64,000 nucleotides of DNA from Octopus vulgaris (taxonomy: Eukaryota): assembly GCA_951406725.2 (NCBI GenBank), contig OX597823.1, forward strand, positions 115,506,001 through 115,570,000, written 5' to 3'. The position numbers and the translations under genes are program-made. Below the pieces are notes generated by a model. The model made no database searches. It was given only the letters and a program-made list of their open reading frames with translations, and was not told where the DNA came from. This document shows positions 11,873 to 26,191 of this stretch, in pieces. Numbering within the stretch: the stretch's first letter is position 1; each line of letters begins with the position of its first letter.

Positions 11873-12606
11873 GAGGAAAACACAGGCATGAAGAGGAAGA
11901 GATGCACTGGCACATGAAGAGGAGTGTTGGTAAATTTGGGGAAGGATGGAAATTTTGGGAGGATTTACTGTCCTTACCAAAATGGGTTGTTTACTTCATG
12001 TTTTGAAAAATCTGAGTATAAGAAAAAAATGTCTCTGAAAGTCATGAGTGCTGCATTGTTTTTTATTGTGTGATGTCTTGCAAACAACTTGCACATGCAA
12101 ATGCTACCAGTCAAAAACTCCGCATACCGGAAGCCAGCAAGTGTATGGGGTCATCGGGAGAGAATGTGTGCCATTTCAGGGCCTACCTCTCGACAGCATC
12201 AATGCGCATCACTGATATGAGGCCCCGCTTGCTAGATCAACTGGTTATCAAATAAAGCTCAATATTCTTCTAGCCATTGCTCATCGTCTCTTTTTAACCA
12301 AATCCAGTGGCTATATTTTTGTGTTTTCAAATGGTTTGATAGGGTAATTGTGTGGAACGGTAGTTCTCATTGCTTTCTTCTGCATGCCGATCACCAACAT
12401 GGGTACATACCTCTTGACCCTACAAGACCGGTTAGTCCTCAATAAGCCACTGCCACTTCATCCATCAGCATGTGAGTGTCCTTGCCTTCACTATTGTTGT
12501 TGTTGTTGTTGTTGTTGCACTCCACCTTGTGCCCCGGCAGTCACCGTGCCCACTCAATCACTTGTTCATTCTCACTAATTTCAGCCTTTGTTATTCTTTA
12601 ATCATT

Positions 12607-13146
12607 TAATAATAATAATAATGAAATTCTGGTATACAGTGCTCAGGTGCACCACAACTTGTCAGAAGTGCATATAAAGCGTATGCAGTAATGTACAAAT
12701 GTCTGGGAAGTGCACAGTGTTTGAGTCAGATATATGTTTGCGTGTGTATGGAGGGGAGAAAATCAAGTGTAGTGTTGGTGAATCTCAGGAAGCATGGAAG
12801 TTTTGAAGGATGCAGTGCTCCAACAACTAACAACTGATGCCGGCAGTTTGTTCCATGCTTCAGCAACTCTTAGCGTGAAAAAATGTTTCCGAAAGTCATG
12901 GGAGCTGTGCTGTTTTCTGACTTTGTAAACATGTCCACGGGTGTTAGACAGAGGGAGTTTGAGAAGGTGCTCAGAGTTATTGTTTGGAAGATGGTTAATA
13001 ATTTTATGGGTGTCTGCCAAGTCAGCTGCCAGACGTCGGAGTTTCAATGTATCCAATCCCAGGGAAGTAAGGCGTTCAGAATATGGCAAATACCTGATGG
13101 AGGGTATTCTCTTGGTTGCACGTCACTGAACGGCTTCCAGACGATT
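12607..13146 (-). mobile_element. CR1-clade LINE 3' end (ORF2 C-terminus, 3' UTR, (ATT)n tail)
   Basis: PYSERLTSLGLDTLKLRRLAADL...NTRGH..K...FFTLRVAEAWNKLP is the typical CR1 ORF2 C-terminus. Confidence 0.9.
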
Positions 13147-13300
13147 GGCTGTTCCAAATAAGTTTCATGGTTAATTATCCACCCCAAAAAATAGAATTGA
13201 CATTTTCTACTCCTTCAATAATTGTTTAGTATCCCCTGCAGATATTGTTTTCATATCCACCACTAAAAGTATTTGATTCTTGCACGGGTATTTGATGAAA

Positions 13301-13870
13301 TCATTATCATCATTTAACATCCGCTTTCCATGATGGTATGGGTTGGATGATTTGATATGGAACTGGCCAGCAGGGAGTTGTCTAGACTCCAATTGTCTGT
13401 TGTGGCATGGCTTCTACAGCTGGATGCCCTTCCTAATGCCAACCACTTAAAAGAGTGTGCTGGGTGCTTTTTACAGGTTACTGTCATGGGTGCATTAATG
13501 CAGCACCAGCATGGGCGCTTTTTAAGTGGCACCAGCCCCTGAAAGGACTACCCTGTATGTGTGGAAGACAACAGTTTTACTTAGCTTGACGTCTCTTATC
13601 AAGTACAGCAAATCACCACATCTCCTGGTCCTTAGCATCTGAAGATCCTTTCTCACCACTTCGTCCCATGACTTCCTCGGTCGACCCCTTCCACAGATAC
13701 CTTTCACAACTACAGATCAGCACTTCTTTATGCAGCTGTCTTCATCCATGACCAAATTAGCACAATCTCACTTGCACACATCTGATGTTTTTATACCCTG
13801 TTTTCCTCTTAAACCATTCACACTCTGTTGTGCATGCACTCTGACATTATCCACCCAGTGGAGCATGCAT
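13301..13870 (-). mobile_element. RTE LINE 3' end
   Basis: KGICGRGRPRKSWDEVVRKDLQML followed by the RTE 3' UTR and GAT tail. Confidence 0.85.
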
Positions 13871-13966
13871 GAAAAATTAAGAAAATCTGAGAAATGGTCA
13901 CTTGTAAAAAGGATCACTGAGCATGCCTCTGTTTCACAGAGTATAAGAAGAGTTTTTTGCAGAAAA

Positions 13967-14303
13967 GGTGGCGAGCTGGCAGAAACGTTAGCATGCTGGG
14001 GCGAAATGCTTATCAGTGTTTCATCTGTTGTTACGTTCTAAGTTCATATTCTTCCGAGGTCAACTTTGCCTTTCATCCTTTCAGGGTTGGTAAATTAGGT
14101 GCCAATTAAGTATTGGGGTCGATCTAATTGACTGGCTCCTTCCCCCAAATTTCGGGAATGGTTGGTGTTAGGAAGGGCATCCAGCTGTAGAAACACTGCC
14201 ATATCAGACTAGAGCCTGGTGCAGCCTCCATGGTTTACCAGACCCCCAGTCGAACCGTCCAACCCATGCTAGCATGGAAAATGGACATTAAATGATGATG
14301 ATG
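13967..14303 (+). mobile_element. SINE-B (13967-14155) followed by an RTE 3' end (14158-14303)
   Basis: Both parts match other copies in the window. Confidence 0.8.
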
Positions 14304-14713
14304 TGCCTAGAGGAGAAATGAAAAGCTGTGTTTTTTGCAAAGCCAAGGTAGAAAACCACTGCCCACAGTTTTAACAGTGATCAAATTTTGAGTCAATATA
14401 TCTGCTTTTTGTAATTAAAGTGTTAATTCCAACTGCAATAGGGACATTATATATTTTTGTGTAACTATCAACAAGTTGTTTCTACATAAAACAGATAAAT
14501 AATTAAAATATTTTAAAATATATTTTTCCAACAGTTTTAAGAAAGTTTTAATAGCATTGAAATCCCCTACCTCCACCCCCAGAATGAGATTAGTGTGATT
14601 AACAGGCGATGTACATAGCGCCCACTCCTTCTTCATTACTCACCATTTATCTCAAGTAAAATCTCATAATTCCATTTATTGAAGAAATTGACTGACAGGA
14701 GTGGTTCAGTTAA

Positions 14714-14754
<41 letters not shown>

Positions 14755-14755
14755 C

Positions 14756-14809
<54 letters not shown>

Positions 14810-15081
14810 GTGTGTGTATGTATATATGTATATGTGTGTGTACACATTTATATCATCATCATTTAATGTCCACCTTCCATGCTGGCATGAGCTGGATGGT
14901 TTGACGGGGGATTGCCAGGCAAAACACTGTATAATTATCCTTTTCATCATTTTATATTGGAAAAATGCAAATATCCTGGCATTTTTAACCAGATCCAACA
15001 GGTTAGAGTCGCATGTCTTGCTCCAATGTTTCACTTTTTAGCCTGGTTTCTTCAGTTCTATGAAACTGCTAACCAGTCCAT

Positions 15082-15510
15082 TCTTTTATTGTTTTATTCT
15101 TTTACTTGTTTCAGTCATTTGAATGTGACCATGCTGGAGCACCACCTTTAGTCAAGCAAATTGACCCCAGGACTTATTCTTTGTAAGCCTAGTACTTATG
15201 CTATCGGTCTCTTTTTGCCGAACCGCTAAGTTACGGGAACGTAAATACACCAACATCAGTTGTCAAGCAATGGTGGGGAGACAAAGACATACACACAGAC
15301 AGACACAGACAAAGACATACACACAGACAGACATACACACACATATACGACAGGCTTCTTTCAGTTTCTGTCTACTAAATCCACTCACAAGGCTTTGGTT
15401 GGCTCATGACTATAGTAGAAGACACTTGCCCAAGGTGCCACGCAGTGGGACTGAACCTGGAACCATGTGGTTGGTAAGTAAGCTATTTACCAAACAGCCA
15501 CTCCTGCACC
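15082..15510 (-). mobile_element. SINE-A full length
   Basis: Reverse complement of the SINE-A consensus. Confidence 0.9.
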
Positions 15511-16135
15511 TATTTATGTTGAAATTTATGGCATTCCTTAAACCAAATGGCGACTATGATAAAACCTATTGGATGTGAGAAACTTCTATATGGATAAGGA
15601 TACCAATAGTGATTGAGAACAGATTATTGGAAATAACAGTTGTGTCTGAAAGAATTATTTACATAAGATATCTATTCTTATTAGATCTATATACAATATT
15701 TGACTTCTAATTTTAGAGAGAATCAATCAACAATCCACTTTATTTTGCTTTATATCCGTTTATTAAATATCTGTTGGACTTGAGCTGTATGAGATGAAGC
15801 AAAAGAAAATACTGACAGTATAAAGTACGTTTACTTGGCTGAACTATGGAATGTATAATTCTTATGTATTTGCCAAGCAATGTTAACTTATTTGCCTGTG
15901 TCAACTCTTTGTCTGTTTATAATTTAGATTTATCTGTATTTTGTGACCAGGTACCTTTGTCCATCTCTGCGTTAATAACACAATGGTACAATTACTACCT
16001 ACGATTTGGTGTAATGCTAGGGGAGGTAACTCGAATGAAGTAAGGGAAACAGAAACTGGTAGTTACAGGTGTGTAGGGGGTGGTGCCGGTGTTGGGAGTG
16101 GGGTGACTGAAGAAAGATAGTGTGTGAGAGAGGAA

Positions 16136-16170
<35 letters not shown>

Positions 16171-16317
16171 AAATAGTGGAGTCGATGAAGAGATGCAGAG
16201 AGTTAAGAAGATCTGGAGAAAGTAGGACTGAGGAGAAAAGTCTGAGCCTTTCTGTCACTTTATTGTAGCTTTACAGCTAACATACGGGTGAAGCTGAGCG
16301 GCAGTTAAAGTAAACAT

Positions 16318-16319
16318 TG

Positions 16320-16350
<31 letters not shown>

Positions 16351-16354
16351 CACC

Positions 16355-16450
<96 letters not shown>

Positions 16451-16520
16451 GCCATCATCATCATCATCATCATCGCCATCGCCATCATCATCATCATCAT
16501 CATCGCCATCACCACCATCT
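16318..16520. repeat. (CAT)n microsatellite, ~200 bp, with CAC/CGC interruptions
   Basis: Seen directly; it explains the poly-M, poly-D and poly-S ORFs. Confidence 0.97.
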
Positions 16521-16539
16521 ACCACAACAGACTTGATAT

Positions 16540-16730
16540 CAGTGCTGGTGCCACATTAAAACCACCCAGTACACTCTGTAAAATGGTTGGTGCCAGGTGA
16601 AGCATCCAGCTGTAGATACCCTGCTAAAAACAGACAATGGAGCCTTGTGCGCCCCTACATCACCCCACCCCGAGCCTTACCAGCTTCTGTCAAACCATTC
16701 ACGGAAAATGGATGCTAAATAATGATGATT
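16540..16730 (+). mobile_element. RTE LINE 3' UTR fragment (old)
   Basis: GTGCTGGTGCCAC..CACCCAGTACACTCTGTAAA.TGGTTGG..GCATCCAGCTGTAG. Confidence 0.7.
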
Positions 16731-16761
16731 GTGTATGTGTGTGTGCATGTGTGTATAGATA

Positions 16762-17154
16762 TCTTTATATATAAAAGTGAGGTTGTGTGCTGTCTGTCTC
16801 CTACGATTTAGATTCCTAACTACTCCCACATTTTGCGGTGCAGTTTAACCAAAACCGGGTATCTTATAGTCGTGATTCATATTGAGCCCTTCTGGGTATT
16901 AGCACGCGTCTACAATGAGTCTACGATTTAAACAAAAATTTACCATCAATTTTTCCCATTTTTAATCCAGTTTTGGCATAAATAAGGAAAGTAATTCTCT
17001 AAAAATTTATTAAATCTCAGAACGTAAAAAGCTACAGTAACACCCCCCCTTTGTGGTTAGCCATATTGAGATGGCTATTATACTTTACATCTCTGAAAAT
17101 GCATATATAGTTATTTCCCTTACAAACCCGAGCAACGCCGGGCGATACTGCTAG
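16762..17154 (+). mobile_element. Non-autonomous Helitron, complete
   Basis: A|TCTTTATATATAAAAG start; 3' hairpin CCCGAGCAACGCCGGG then CTAG|T; inserted between A and T with no TSD. Confidence 0.88.
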
Positions 17155-17595
17155 TGTAAATATAAAAACATACGTAAAGGCCAACTGGGATTCAGAGTAT
17201 TCAGCGAAGCCATAGTCATGTCTAGCAGAGTTTAAGATATAATGTAATTCAATATGATAAAGGTAATTGTTGCAATTACTTTGATATAAATTAATTAATT
17301 TAATCAAGTATGATACATTCTTAATTCATTTAGTATTTTACTGCTTATTGGATTGTGGCTATGCTGGGGATTTAGTTAAATGTATTGATCCCAGTAATTA
17401 TTTTAAAGTTTCATATTTATTTTATCAATATTATCAATATTACAAGTATAGCAACAACAACACTGATTTTATGGGGCATAAACACATACACTACTTTTAT
17501 ACACAGATTTATACACACTCTCTCACATATAAATATATCTGTATATTATATATAGATATATAAACATACACACACACACACACACACGTGTATAT

Positions 17596-18222
17596 TCTCT
17601 TTTACTCTTTTACTTGTTTCGGTCATTTGACTGCGGCCATGCTGGAGCACCGCCTTTAGTCGAGCAACTCGACCCTGGGACTTATTCTTTGTAGGCTTAG
17701 TACTTATTCTATCGGTCTCTTTTGCCGAACTGCTAAGTTACAGGGACGTACACACAGCAGCTTCGGTTGTCAAGCGAAGTTGGGAGGACAAACATAGACG
17801 CACAAACATACACACAGACACACACACACATATGTATATACATATATACGACAGGCTTCTTTCAGTTTCCGTCTACCAAATCCACTCACATGCCCAAGGT
17901 GCCACACAGTGGGACTGAACCATGTGCTTAGGAAGCAAGCTACTTACCACACAACCACTCCTATATATACGTGTATATTCTCTTTGACTCTTTTACTTGT
18001 TTCAGTCATTTGACTGTGGCCATGCTGGAGCACTACCTTTAGTCGAGCAAATCGACCCCAGGACTTATTCTTTGGAAGCCTAGTACTTATTCTATTGGTC
18101 TCTTTTGCCGAACTGCTAAGTTATGGGGACGTAAAACACACCAGCATCAGTTTTTAAGTGATGTTAGGGGAACAAACACAGACACACAAACACACACATA
18201 TATATATATATATATACATATA
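17596..18222 (-). mobile_element. Two tandem SINE-A copies (17596-17961 internally deleted; 17978-18222 3' half)
   Basis: Both match the SINE-A consensus; ACGTGTATATTCTC precedes both tails. Confidence 0.85.
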
Positions 18223-18224
18223 TG

Positions 18225-18420
18225 TGAAAAAAACATGCCTAACCATGGGGAAAATATCCCTTTTCATGGGAACAGGTAGGTGTTGGCAACAGGAAGGGCA
18301 TCTGACCGTTGAAAATCTACCTTATCAAGCTCTGTCTGACCCATGTAAGCATCATTGAATAGTGGACCTTAAATGATGGTGGGGACGATGGTGATGATGA
18401 TGATGATGAGGAGGAGGAGG
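18225..18420 (+). mobile_element. A2-type SINE/RTE-like tail
   Basis: GGCAACAGGAAGGGCATCTGACCGT..GTGGACCTTAAATGATG; homologous to 42900-43130. Confidence 0.65.
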
Positions 18421-18665
18421 ATATAAAGTATTTTGTTTTGATAAAATACAGGGATATAGAAAGAGTTTCAAATGGCTTTGATGCATGTCTGGGAGTTAGA
18501 CAAAGAAGAAGAAGGATAGATAGAGAGAGGGAGAAACAGAGAGAGAGAGAGAGAGAGTGTTAATTCATATTAGTAGATAATTAAGGTAACAGAGATTTAT
18601 ATATCTGGGGATTTGTTGAGGATATTGTAAAAGAACCTAAGTAATCTATTCTAGTTTATACAGAA

Positions 18666-18719
<54 letters not shown>

Positions 18720-18789
18720 GATTAAAAAGCTTTGCTCAGTAATGAGAACTTAGTTGAACAAACTTTAGATGAAATATAGAATAGCATAT

Positions 18790-18912
18790 TGGTTTCAAAT
18801 TTTGGCACCAAGCCAGCAATTTCAAGGGAGGGGTTAACTTGATCATACTGACCCCAGTGTTCTACTGGTACTTATTTTATTGACCTTGAAATGATGAGAG
18901 GCAAAGTCAACA
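18790..18912 (-). mobile_element. SINE-B variant-tail fragment
   Basis: TTGGTTTCAAATTTTGGCA..GACCCCAGT..CTGGTACTTAT..GGCAAAGTCAAC; same type as 31046-31260 and 62150-62377. Confidence 0.7.
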
Positions 18913-18976
18913 ATGCATTGCTGTTTTCTATTAAAAACGTTTAACATAGGAGACCAAGATCTTTATAAATTATGTA

Positions 18977-19387
18977 GGTTTAGGAGTGGCTGTGTGGTAA
19001 GTAGCTTGTTTACCCACCACATGGTTCTGAGTTCCTTCCAACTGTGCGGCACTTTGGGCAAGTGTCTTCTACTATAGCCTCGGGCCAACCAAAGCCTTGT
19101 GAGTGGATTTGGTGGGCAGAAACTGAAACTGAAAGAAGCCTGTTGTATATATGTATGTATATATATGTTTGTGTGTCTGTGTTTGTCCCCCTAACATCGG
19201 TTGACAACTGATGGTGGTGTGTTTTATGTCCCCGTAACTTAACGGTTCAGCAAAAGAAACTGATAGAATAAGCACTAGGCTTCTAAAGAATAAGTCCTGG
19301 GGTCGATTTGCTTGACTAAAAGGAAGTGCTCCAGCATGGCTGCAGTCAAATGACTGAAACGAGTAAAAGAGTAAAAGTGTAAAGAGA
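18977..19387 (+). mobile_element. SINE-A full length
   Basis: Consensus match. Confidence 0.9.
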
Positions 19388-21603
19388 ACAAATATACAAT
19401 TACAGAGCTTAAGATGTATAGCATAAGTTTCTGAAAGATTGTTTTTTCTCTATTTTGAGGATTGTATCAAGTGAAATTTGAACTTGAAACGTAAAGACGG
19501 ACAAAATGCTGTTGAGCATTTTACCCACCATGCTAATACTTCTGCTACATTGCCAACCTAGATATAGAATAGGATATGGAATCATATCATTGAAGTGCTG
19601 ACATGTTCAATTTTTCTTTTTTTTTTGTCATATTAGTAACAAACCTATTTGATTTTATTCACTTGTCATGTTTTTTGCTTATAGAATGAGAATACTGGAC
19701 AATTTATTGCGATTAGCATCAGTTCACCTTTTGAATGTTTAATGCAATTGAAACTATCATAAAGTCTTAGATTTGAAACAATCAAGCTTCTTGCTATTTT
19801 GAAATAAAATAACAAAACAAAATAATTATAAGATAAAAGTATGTTCTCTTGATTTGTTTTCTTGATTTTCAATTTGATTATATAATATTTAAAGTATTTA
19901 ATCAATTTTCAATTAATTATTTAAGAATTTTAATTTAGGTTACATATGAAATTTGTATTTACTGTAATTTCCCATAATAGTAACCTTTACAATAATAAAC
20001 CTGAGTAAATCATTTATCAATTTGGAGACATAATTTTAGATCGGAGACATAATTTTAGTTATGTTTGAATAGAATATTTTAATATCAATTAAAAAAAAAA
20101 TTTTAATGTATATAGATTATATAGAGATTGCTGAAACTTTTCTTCACCTTTTTCACTGTGACGGTTGATAGCTATCGTTTTAGTTTCAAGTTATTTCAAG
20201 AAAAATGTAAATTATTGTGATTACAGTTGTAAAATTTAACTGTCAAGCAAATTAAAAAGTTAGATTTATTTAATTTTTTTTTTATTTTGCGATTGAAAAT
20301 TTGTTAAATATAATCATCAATTCCACACCAATCCTATTGTAAAACCATTTGACTTACAGCAATACAGGCAATATCATTATTGTTCATTCCTCTGTGCCTG
20401 CTTGGGTTGGGCAAAATTTGTTCGGGTGAATTTTCTACATAAACCTTCTTCCACGAAAAGATAGCTTAAACTGTGCTCTAAATGGAGGTGTAGTTAAATC
20501 CTATTTTATGAACTCAACCACGTTCTAAAATAAGTCAGAATGTAAGCTACTATAAATCGGCACCAACTTTCCGGACAACCCAATCGTATCCAAACAAGCA
20601 TAGTACTTGGCTACTTTCTTAACCTTAAGCTGGAGTTGTTGTAGATGCAGATAACTTCTAAATGAAAATCACCTCATATGACAAAGGTGGAGATACATAG
20701 TAGATTCATTCATGTGCCAAAGCATACAAATACAAATCTTCCATAATAGTTAGGTTTCCCAGGTTGTAGTTCAAACTGGACGTTACCGTAATTCATTGTT
20801 AACTCACTGAGTGAGAACTGTTTTTTGAAAGATATTGTTATCAGCACAATCCTATGTGAAGTAATAACTTCTGAAACAGATTTGCTGGATGTTAATTGTC
20901 TTTTCCAACAGAGCAATGGAACATCACAGAATAAGGTTATGGCTTTGAATCGGTGAGGTTACTGTTTCAAATCAGAGTGGATCTCAAGAGGTTTTCTTTT
21001 CTTACAATCATTCAGATTAGAAGTATTAAAAGTTTAAAAGAGAGTAAACCAGAATAAGCTAAAAGAGAATTCTCTAGAAATTCCTATTTCCCATTCATCA
21101 CTCAATAATTGACATTTCAGTATCCAATATTCTACAAACCGAATGAGTAAGCTTTTCTTGTTCCCTTTTGTCATGAAAAAAAAAAAAAGAAAAAAAAAAG
21201 ATTTTATCAACTTGAAAATTATCTTTTAGAAATTATTGTTCTGCTTATTGTTTGATCATTTGATATTATTCCCAAAATAGAAACTAAATTATCTTTTTGA
21301 AACTTATTCTAATTTACCTATACATCTTAAGCTTTGTGACTCTAAATTTATTACAAATAATTTGTAAAGATCTTTGTCTCTCGTGTTAAACTTCTTTAAT
21401 ACAAAACAGCAGTGCTTTGTTTTGAGTTAAACGATGGAGAGAAAAGCTTAAGAAATTAGGCTATCTAATTAGCATTATCATCTTCACCTTTCTTATATCC
21501 TTATTACCTTATGCTGTTGAAATAATACATTTTTCAAATTATGCAAAAATTTAATTCCCATTAACTGTGTTTTCTCAATCATTCTACGTCATATACATTT
21601 TAA

Positions 21604-21670
<67 letters not shown>

Positions 21671-21720
21671 GTAGTAGTAGTAGTAGTAATAATGATAGTA
21701 CTAATAATAGTAATAATAAT
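21604..21720. repeat. (AAT)n/(AGT)n microsatellite
   Basis: Seen directly. Confidence 0.95.
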
Positions 21721-23009
21721 GACTTTGAGAAAATTAAAATTAACATTTTTATTACTTTTTTTCATGTTGCTTGATGATATTTTTTCCCCATTCTCTTCAG
21801 AAATTATTAGTTCTGAAAACCTTATAACCAATGAAAGATAGCAATGACAAGGACTTTTGTTTTCGCTTACTGGAAATAAATGGCAAAACGAATAATTTAA
21901 TAAAAGTCTGAGTAATTCCTATGTATAGATTGGTGGCACCATATCTCTACATTGCACTGTTGTTCCGTTGTATTCATCACTCATACTGTTATATTGGCTT
22001 GGCTTAAAAAATAAAATCGTTTTTATCTAGCGTAGCTGCAATGCCAAAGCTGGAATTGCAATGTAATTTATTCCAAGCCATGAGCTATTTATGAAAAGAA
22101 TCAGCTAGGCAACCAGATGCAATTTAGTTATAGTTCTTCGAATCAAGATTCCTTTTTCTGCCACCATTCTTTGTTATTCCCATTCTAACACAGCAGAAGA
22201 CAGCATCAATTTATTTTTACACTAAATCAAAAGCAATTTTAAACCTTTTGACATTGTTTCTTTTCTTTTCACATCAATTACTTTAAAAGTTTTCGATTTA
22301 TTTTAGAAAAAAAAAAAAAAAAAATAAAATAAAATTATTTCTCTATGTTTTTCTTTCTAAATTATGGTAATGTTAAGATATTCCCTGGTAGCTATTAATC
22401 TCTGGTTTCATGTCACTATTAGAAACCCAATCCCCAGAAGATTAGTTATTGTTTTCTTGTTACTAATACCTTTTATCAATAGAGACAAGAGAATCTTAGC
22501 TAAAATGTGCTAGCTATTTGCCCTACAGCTAGAATCACTCCTATTGATTTATTGTATCTATTGGGGAGAGGGAACGAAGTCTTTAACTGCTTAGTTTAAA
22601 TGAAATACCTATATTATTAAATGGCTGATATATTTAGAAGTTTCATGAGCAATCGCCATCTATTTCTAGATATCTTCAGCATAAATATCCAAATTTTATT
22701 TTGCATGAGATGCATTCTTTGTTTCTTATAAATAATTTAATATTACACAGAAATTGAGACTGCAAAGAACATGGCAGTGCTTGGAATAAAATGCATAATC
22801 TGAAAAAAACAAAAACAAAAGCAAAAAAAGCAGTAACCAGTATTATAGCATAGAATGTAATTGTTTGAAAAGTGTTATTCAAATAGTATGGATGAAGAGT
22901 GCTTGTCTTTTGAAGTAATGGAAAGGAGTGGTTTTTTTTTGTTTTTATTATCAATAAGTTTTAAGGTTAAAAGCATTATAGCTTTATATATCAATTGTAG
23001 ATCTCTCTT

Positions 23010-23060
23010 GATATATATATATATATATATTATTATTATTATTACTATTGTTATTATTAA

Positions 23061-23111
<51 letters not shown>

Positions 23112-23132
23112 TATTACTATTATTATTATTAT
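23010..23132. repeat. (TA)n-(ATT)n compound microsatellite
   Basis: Seen directly. Confidence 0.95.
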
Positions 23133-23321
23133 TGGTTCACATAGGCAGAGCAATACTATTAATAATAACTTGGTGTTTGAACTGAATATGCACACACTTC
23201 AGAATAAAGCATCGAAAAATTGCACTTCCTGTTTGAAACAGCAATGAAGCTATAGCCGAAACAGCTGTATACTAATAAAGTTCATTTCATGATTTTTTTT
23301 CCTTTTGCTATTCTAATTTCT

Positions 23322-23731
23322 TGGCTGTGTGGTAAGTAGCTGGCTTACGAACCACATGGTCCCGAGTTCAGTTTCACTGCGTGGCACCTTGGACAAGTGT
23401 CTTCTGCTGTAGCCTCGGGCCTACCAAAGACTTGTGGGTGCATTTGGTAGACGGAAACCGAAAGAAGCCTATCGTATATATGTATATATATATATATATA
23501 TATATGTATGCATGTGTATATGTTTGTGTGTCTGTGTTTGTCCCCCCAACATCGCTTGACAACCGATGCTGGTGTGTTTGTGTCCCCGTAACTTAGCAGT
23601 TCAGCAAAAGAGACCAATAGAATAAGTACAAGGCTTGCAAAAAATAAGTCCTGGGGTCAATTTCCTCAACTAAAGGTAGTGCTCCAGCATAGCCACAGTC
23701 AAATGACTGAAACAAGTAAAAGAGTAAAAGA
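23322..23731 (+). mobile_element. SINE-A
   Basis: Consensus match. Confidence 0.9.
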
Positions 23732-23819
23732 CTAATACATGTATATATGTATGTATGTATGTTTATATATATATATATATGTGTGTGTGTATATATGTAT
23801 CTATGAATGTATGTATGTT

Positions 23820-23858
<39 letters not shown>

Positions 23859-25185
23859 ATATATCTATGAATGTATGTATGTGTATATATATATATATAA
23901 AAGTGTATATATATATATATATATACACATACTGGTTTTTAATTCGACATACATAGATTACTAAAAAACTTCATTGCAAACTTAGAATTAAATTCTTCTT
24001 TTTTTTAATATTCTCCAATACTAAATAGTATAAATCCTGTCCCTAAGGAAACTTTTCGGTTCACCTTGATTATCTCACTTCCATTTCTTAATGTATAATT
24101 AACCTAAGATATTTTTACCTAACTAATTAACCTTTCTCTGCGGGTAGTAAATATTATTTCCAACAGATTCTATATTTTAATTCATTAATAACAACTCACT
24201 ATCTATGAAATCTGAATAATTTACTCTTCTAAATTGCTTCTCTTCATATTATTAAATCACTTTCTACTAAACCTATGAATACCTTTCTTCTTTGATTTCT
24301 GCTCTTCTATTTTTCCTATTATATAGTTTTGACCCCTAATATATTCACTTGATTAATAAGACGTTTATCCCCAATTAATACGTTTTATACCTACTCATAA
24401 TTAGAGATAGTCTTTTCTCTAAATTGAATAAATTTTAGATCTATAATTACTCCTTTAATCCAACGTATCAAAATACTCATAACCTATCAGCTAATTATAA
24501 TATTGATGCAGCACGGATTTTTGTCAGTGAACAGGTCGCGGATTCTAGCGACGAAAATATTTTGACAAATTAAACTTAAATGTTGAAGTGAATTGAACGG
24601 CTTTTGTGTGTTTCTTAAATGGCTTATAAACACCTTCCACGCTGCAATTGTTTTGATGTATATTAGTTTTATAAAAATCTCTGCATTCTCTATGAGTGGT
24701 CATTATAACCATTTAACATTAACCCTTTTCTATCTACCTAAATTTCTTTATATGGAACTTTGACATTTATTTCACCCCTATTTCTATAAATAGAAAATCT
24801 TTCTTGTCTCCATTCATTTGTCCATTCTTCTCAGAACCTTCTAGCAGTTCATAGTAACTGAATATTATTCAGTCAGTTGATAAACTCCACTACCTTAAAT
24901 ATTCTTAAAATTTAAATCCACATCTTTCACTTGATAGAAAAATTATGTATTAATGGAAAACCTCTATTAATGGCTGATGAGTGTTCAGCATTTTAAAACT
25001 GTTTTAATACTTACAACATTTAATAAAATGATGTAGTGCGAAACGATCGTACCAAATTACCGAAGTTATTCTTGTTGCTTATTTTGATTATAATCACCCC
25101 ATGGATTTATATGGATAACACCATACAAAACTCTGGTGCATCTAACTTAAGTACCATATTCATTTGAATCTAAATTTTGCTGAAC

Positions 25186-25240
<55 letters not shown>

Positions 25241-25428
25241 CATATATATATATACATATACATATGGTGGTTGTCTACTCTTTATGCAGTGTTTGACCAC
25301 CTTCTTCACCTACACTTTAGAACCATCATGGTATCTGATGTGGCTTTTTAAACCAATGTTTTGGAAAGATACCCACATAGATTGCATATCTGATTTGAAC
25401 CACCAAGAGCTGCAGATAATTTCTGATC

Positions 25429-25712
25429 TTAAAATGTCTTAAGAAAATTAAACCGGAATGGTGGAATGATAGAGCAAAAGGAGCACAAGAAGCAGCTGAT
25501 AAAAATGATGCCAAGGATTTGTACTCTTATGTTAAGGAGATATATGGCCCCAAATCTTCTTCAATAGCTCCAGTGAGAACAGCAAATGAACGTTTGCTTC
25601 TGACTGACACCGCTTCTATTCATATGTGGTGGGGAACATTTTTCTGTACTTTTGAATAAACCATCATTCGCTGATATGAGGATGATAGAAAAAATCAAAC
25701 ACCTTCCAGTTA
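25429..25712 (+). pseudogene. RTE (BovB-like) LINE ORF fragment, APE-RT linker, one frameshift
   Basis: My translation: KKIKPEWWNDRAKGAQEAADKNDAKDLYSYVKEIYGPKSSSIAPVRTANERLLLTD..WW/EHFSVLLNKPS; not in the ORF track. Confidence 0.8.
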
Positions 25713-25739
25713 TATGTGTGTGTGTGTGTGTGTGTGTGT

Positions 25740-25860
25740 GAAGAGCATAGGCTTGAAACGTAAAAGACTTTTTCTATTCCTGAGCGTTAAACCAATACAT
25801 CTGTTTGTTTTCTACACCACCTGTCTTCGTCTTTTGTTGTTTTCATGAATTCCCCCCTCT
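25740..25860 (+). mobile_element. Short Penelope-like element (family P3) with the 3' part of a hammerhead motif
   Basis: GAAGAGCATAGGCTTGAAACGTAAAAG; homologous to 35451-35600 and 53735-53922. Confidence 0.6.
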
Positions 25861-26191
25861 ATATATACATACATACATATGTATGTGTATCCACATACAG
25901 ACACACACACACACATATACATACACACACACTGATACATACTTATATATATATATATATACACACACATACATATGAGGTGGTATTAAAATGTTTCCAG
26001 ACAAGTTATTTTGATAAAAAATAACTTATTTACCAAAGTTTCCACATCATCTCATTTGAAATGTTCACCTTGTGCAGTAATACATTGGTCTCAACGTTCC
26101 TGCCACTCTTGGAATCCAGCCTTGGTGCTGTTTTCCATAAGGAAGTTGAGAACCTTTTGTGATTCGATCTGGATCTCAACAATGGTGTTAA

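Noticed and set aside
12070-12255. Cys-rich CTCKC..KC pattern resembling a CXC domain
   Set aside because: Needs two frameshifts to assemble; at best an unclassifiable transposon relic
16255-16559. Poly-Met, poly-Asp and poly-Ser ORFs
   Set aside because: They are reading frames of one (CAT)n microsatellite, with no splice or unique coding context
20400-21140. Unique-looking stretch that might be coding
   Set aside because: The frames I read have frequent stops and no identifiable motif
22676-22845. Strong minus-strand polypyrimidine tract and CAG acceptor at ~22800
   Set aside because: All three frames stop within about 40 codons and there is no good donor; the tract is an A-rich simple repeat
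24000-24960. Possible ancient LINE RT on the minus strand
   Set aside because: Only faint motif echoes amid many stops; not supportable by eye
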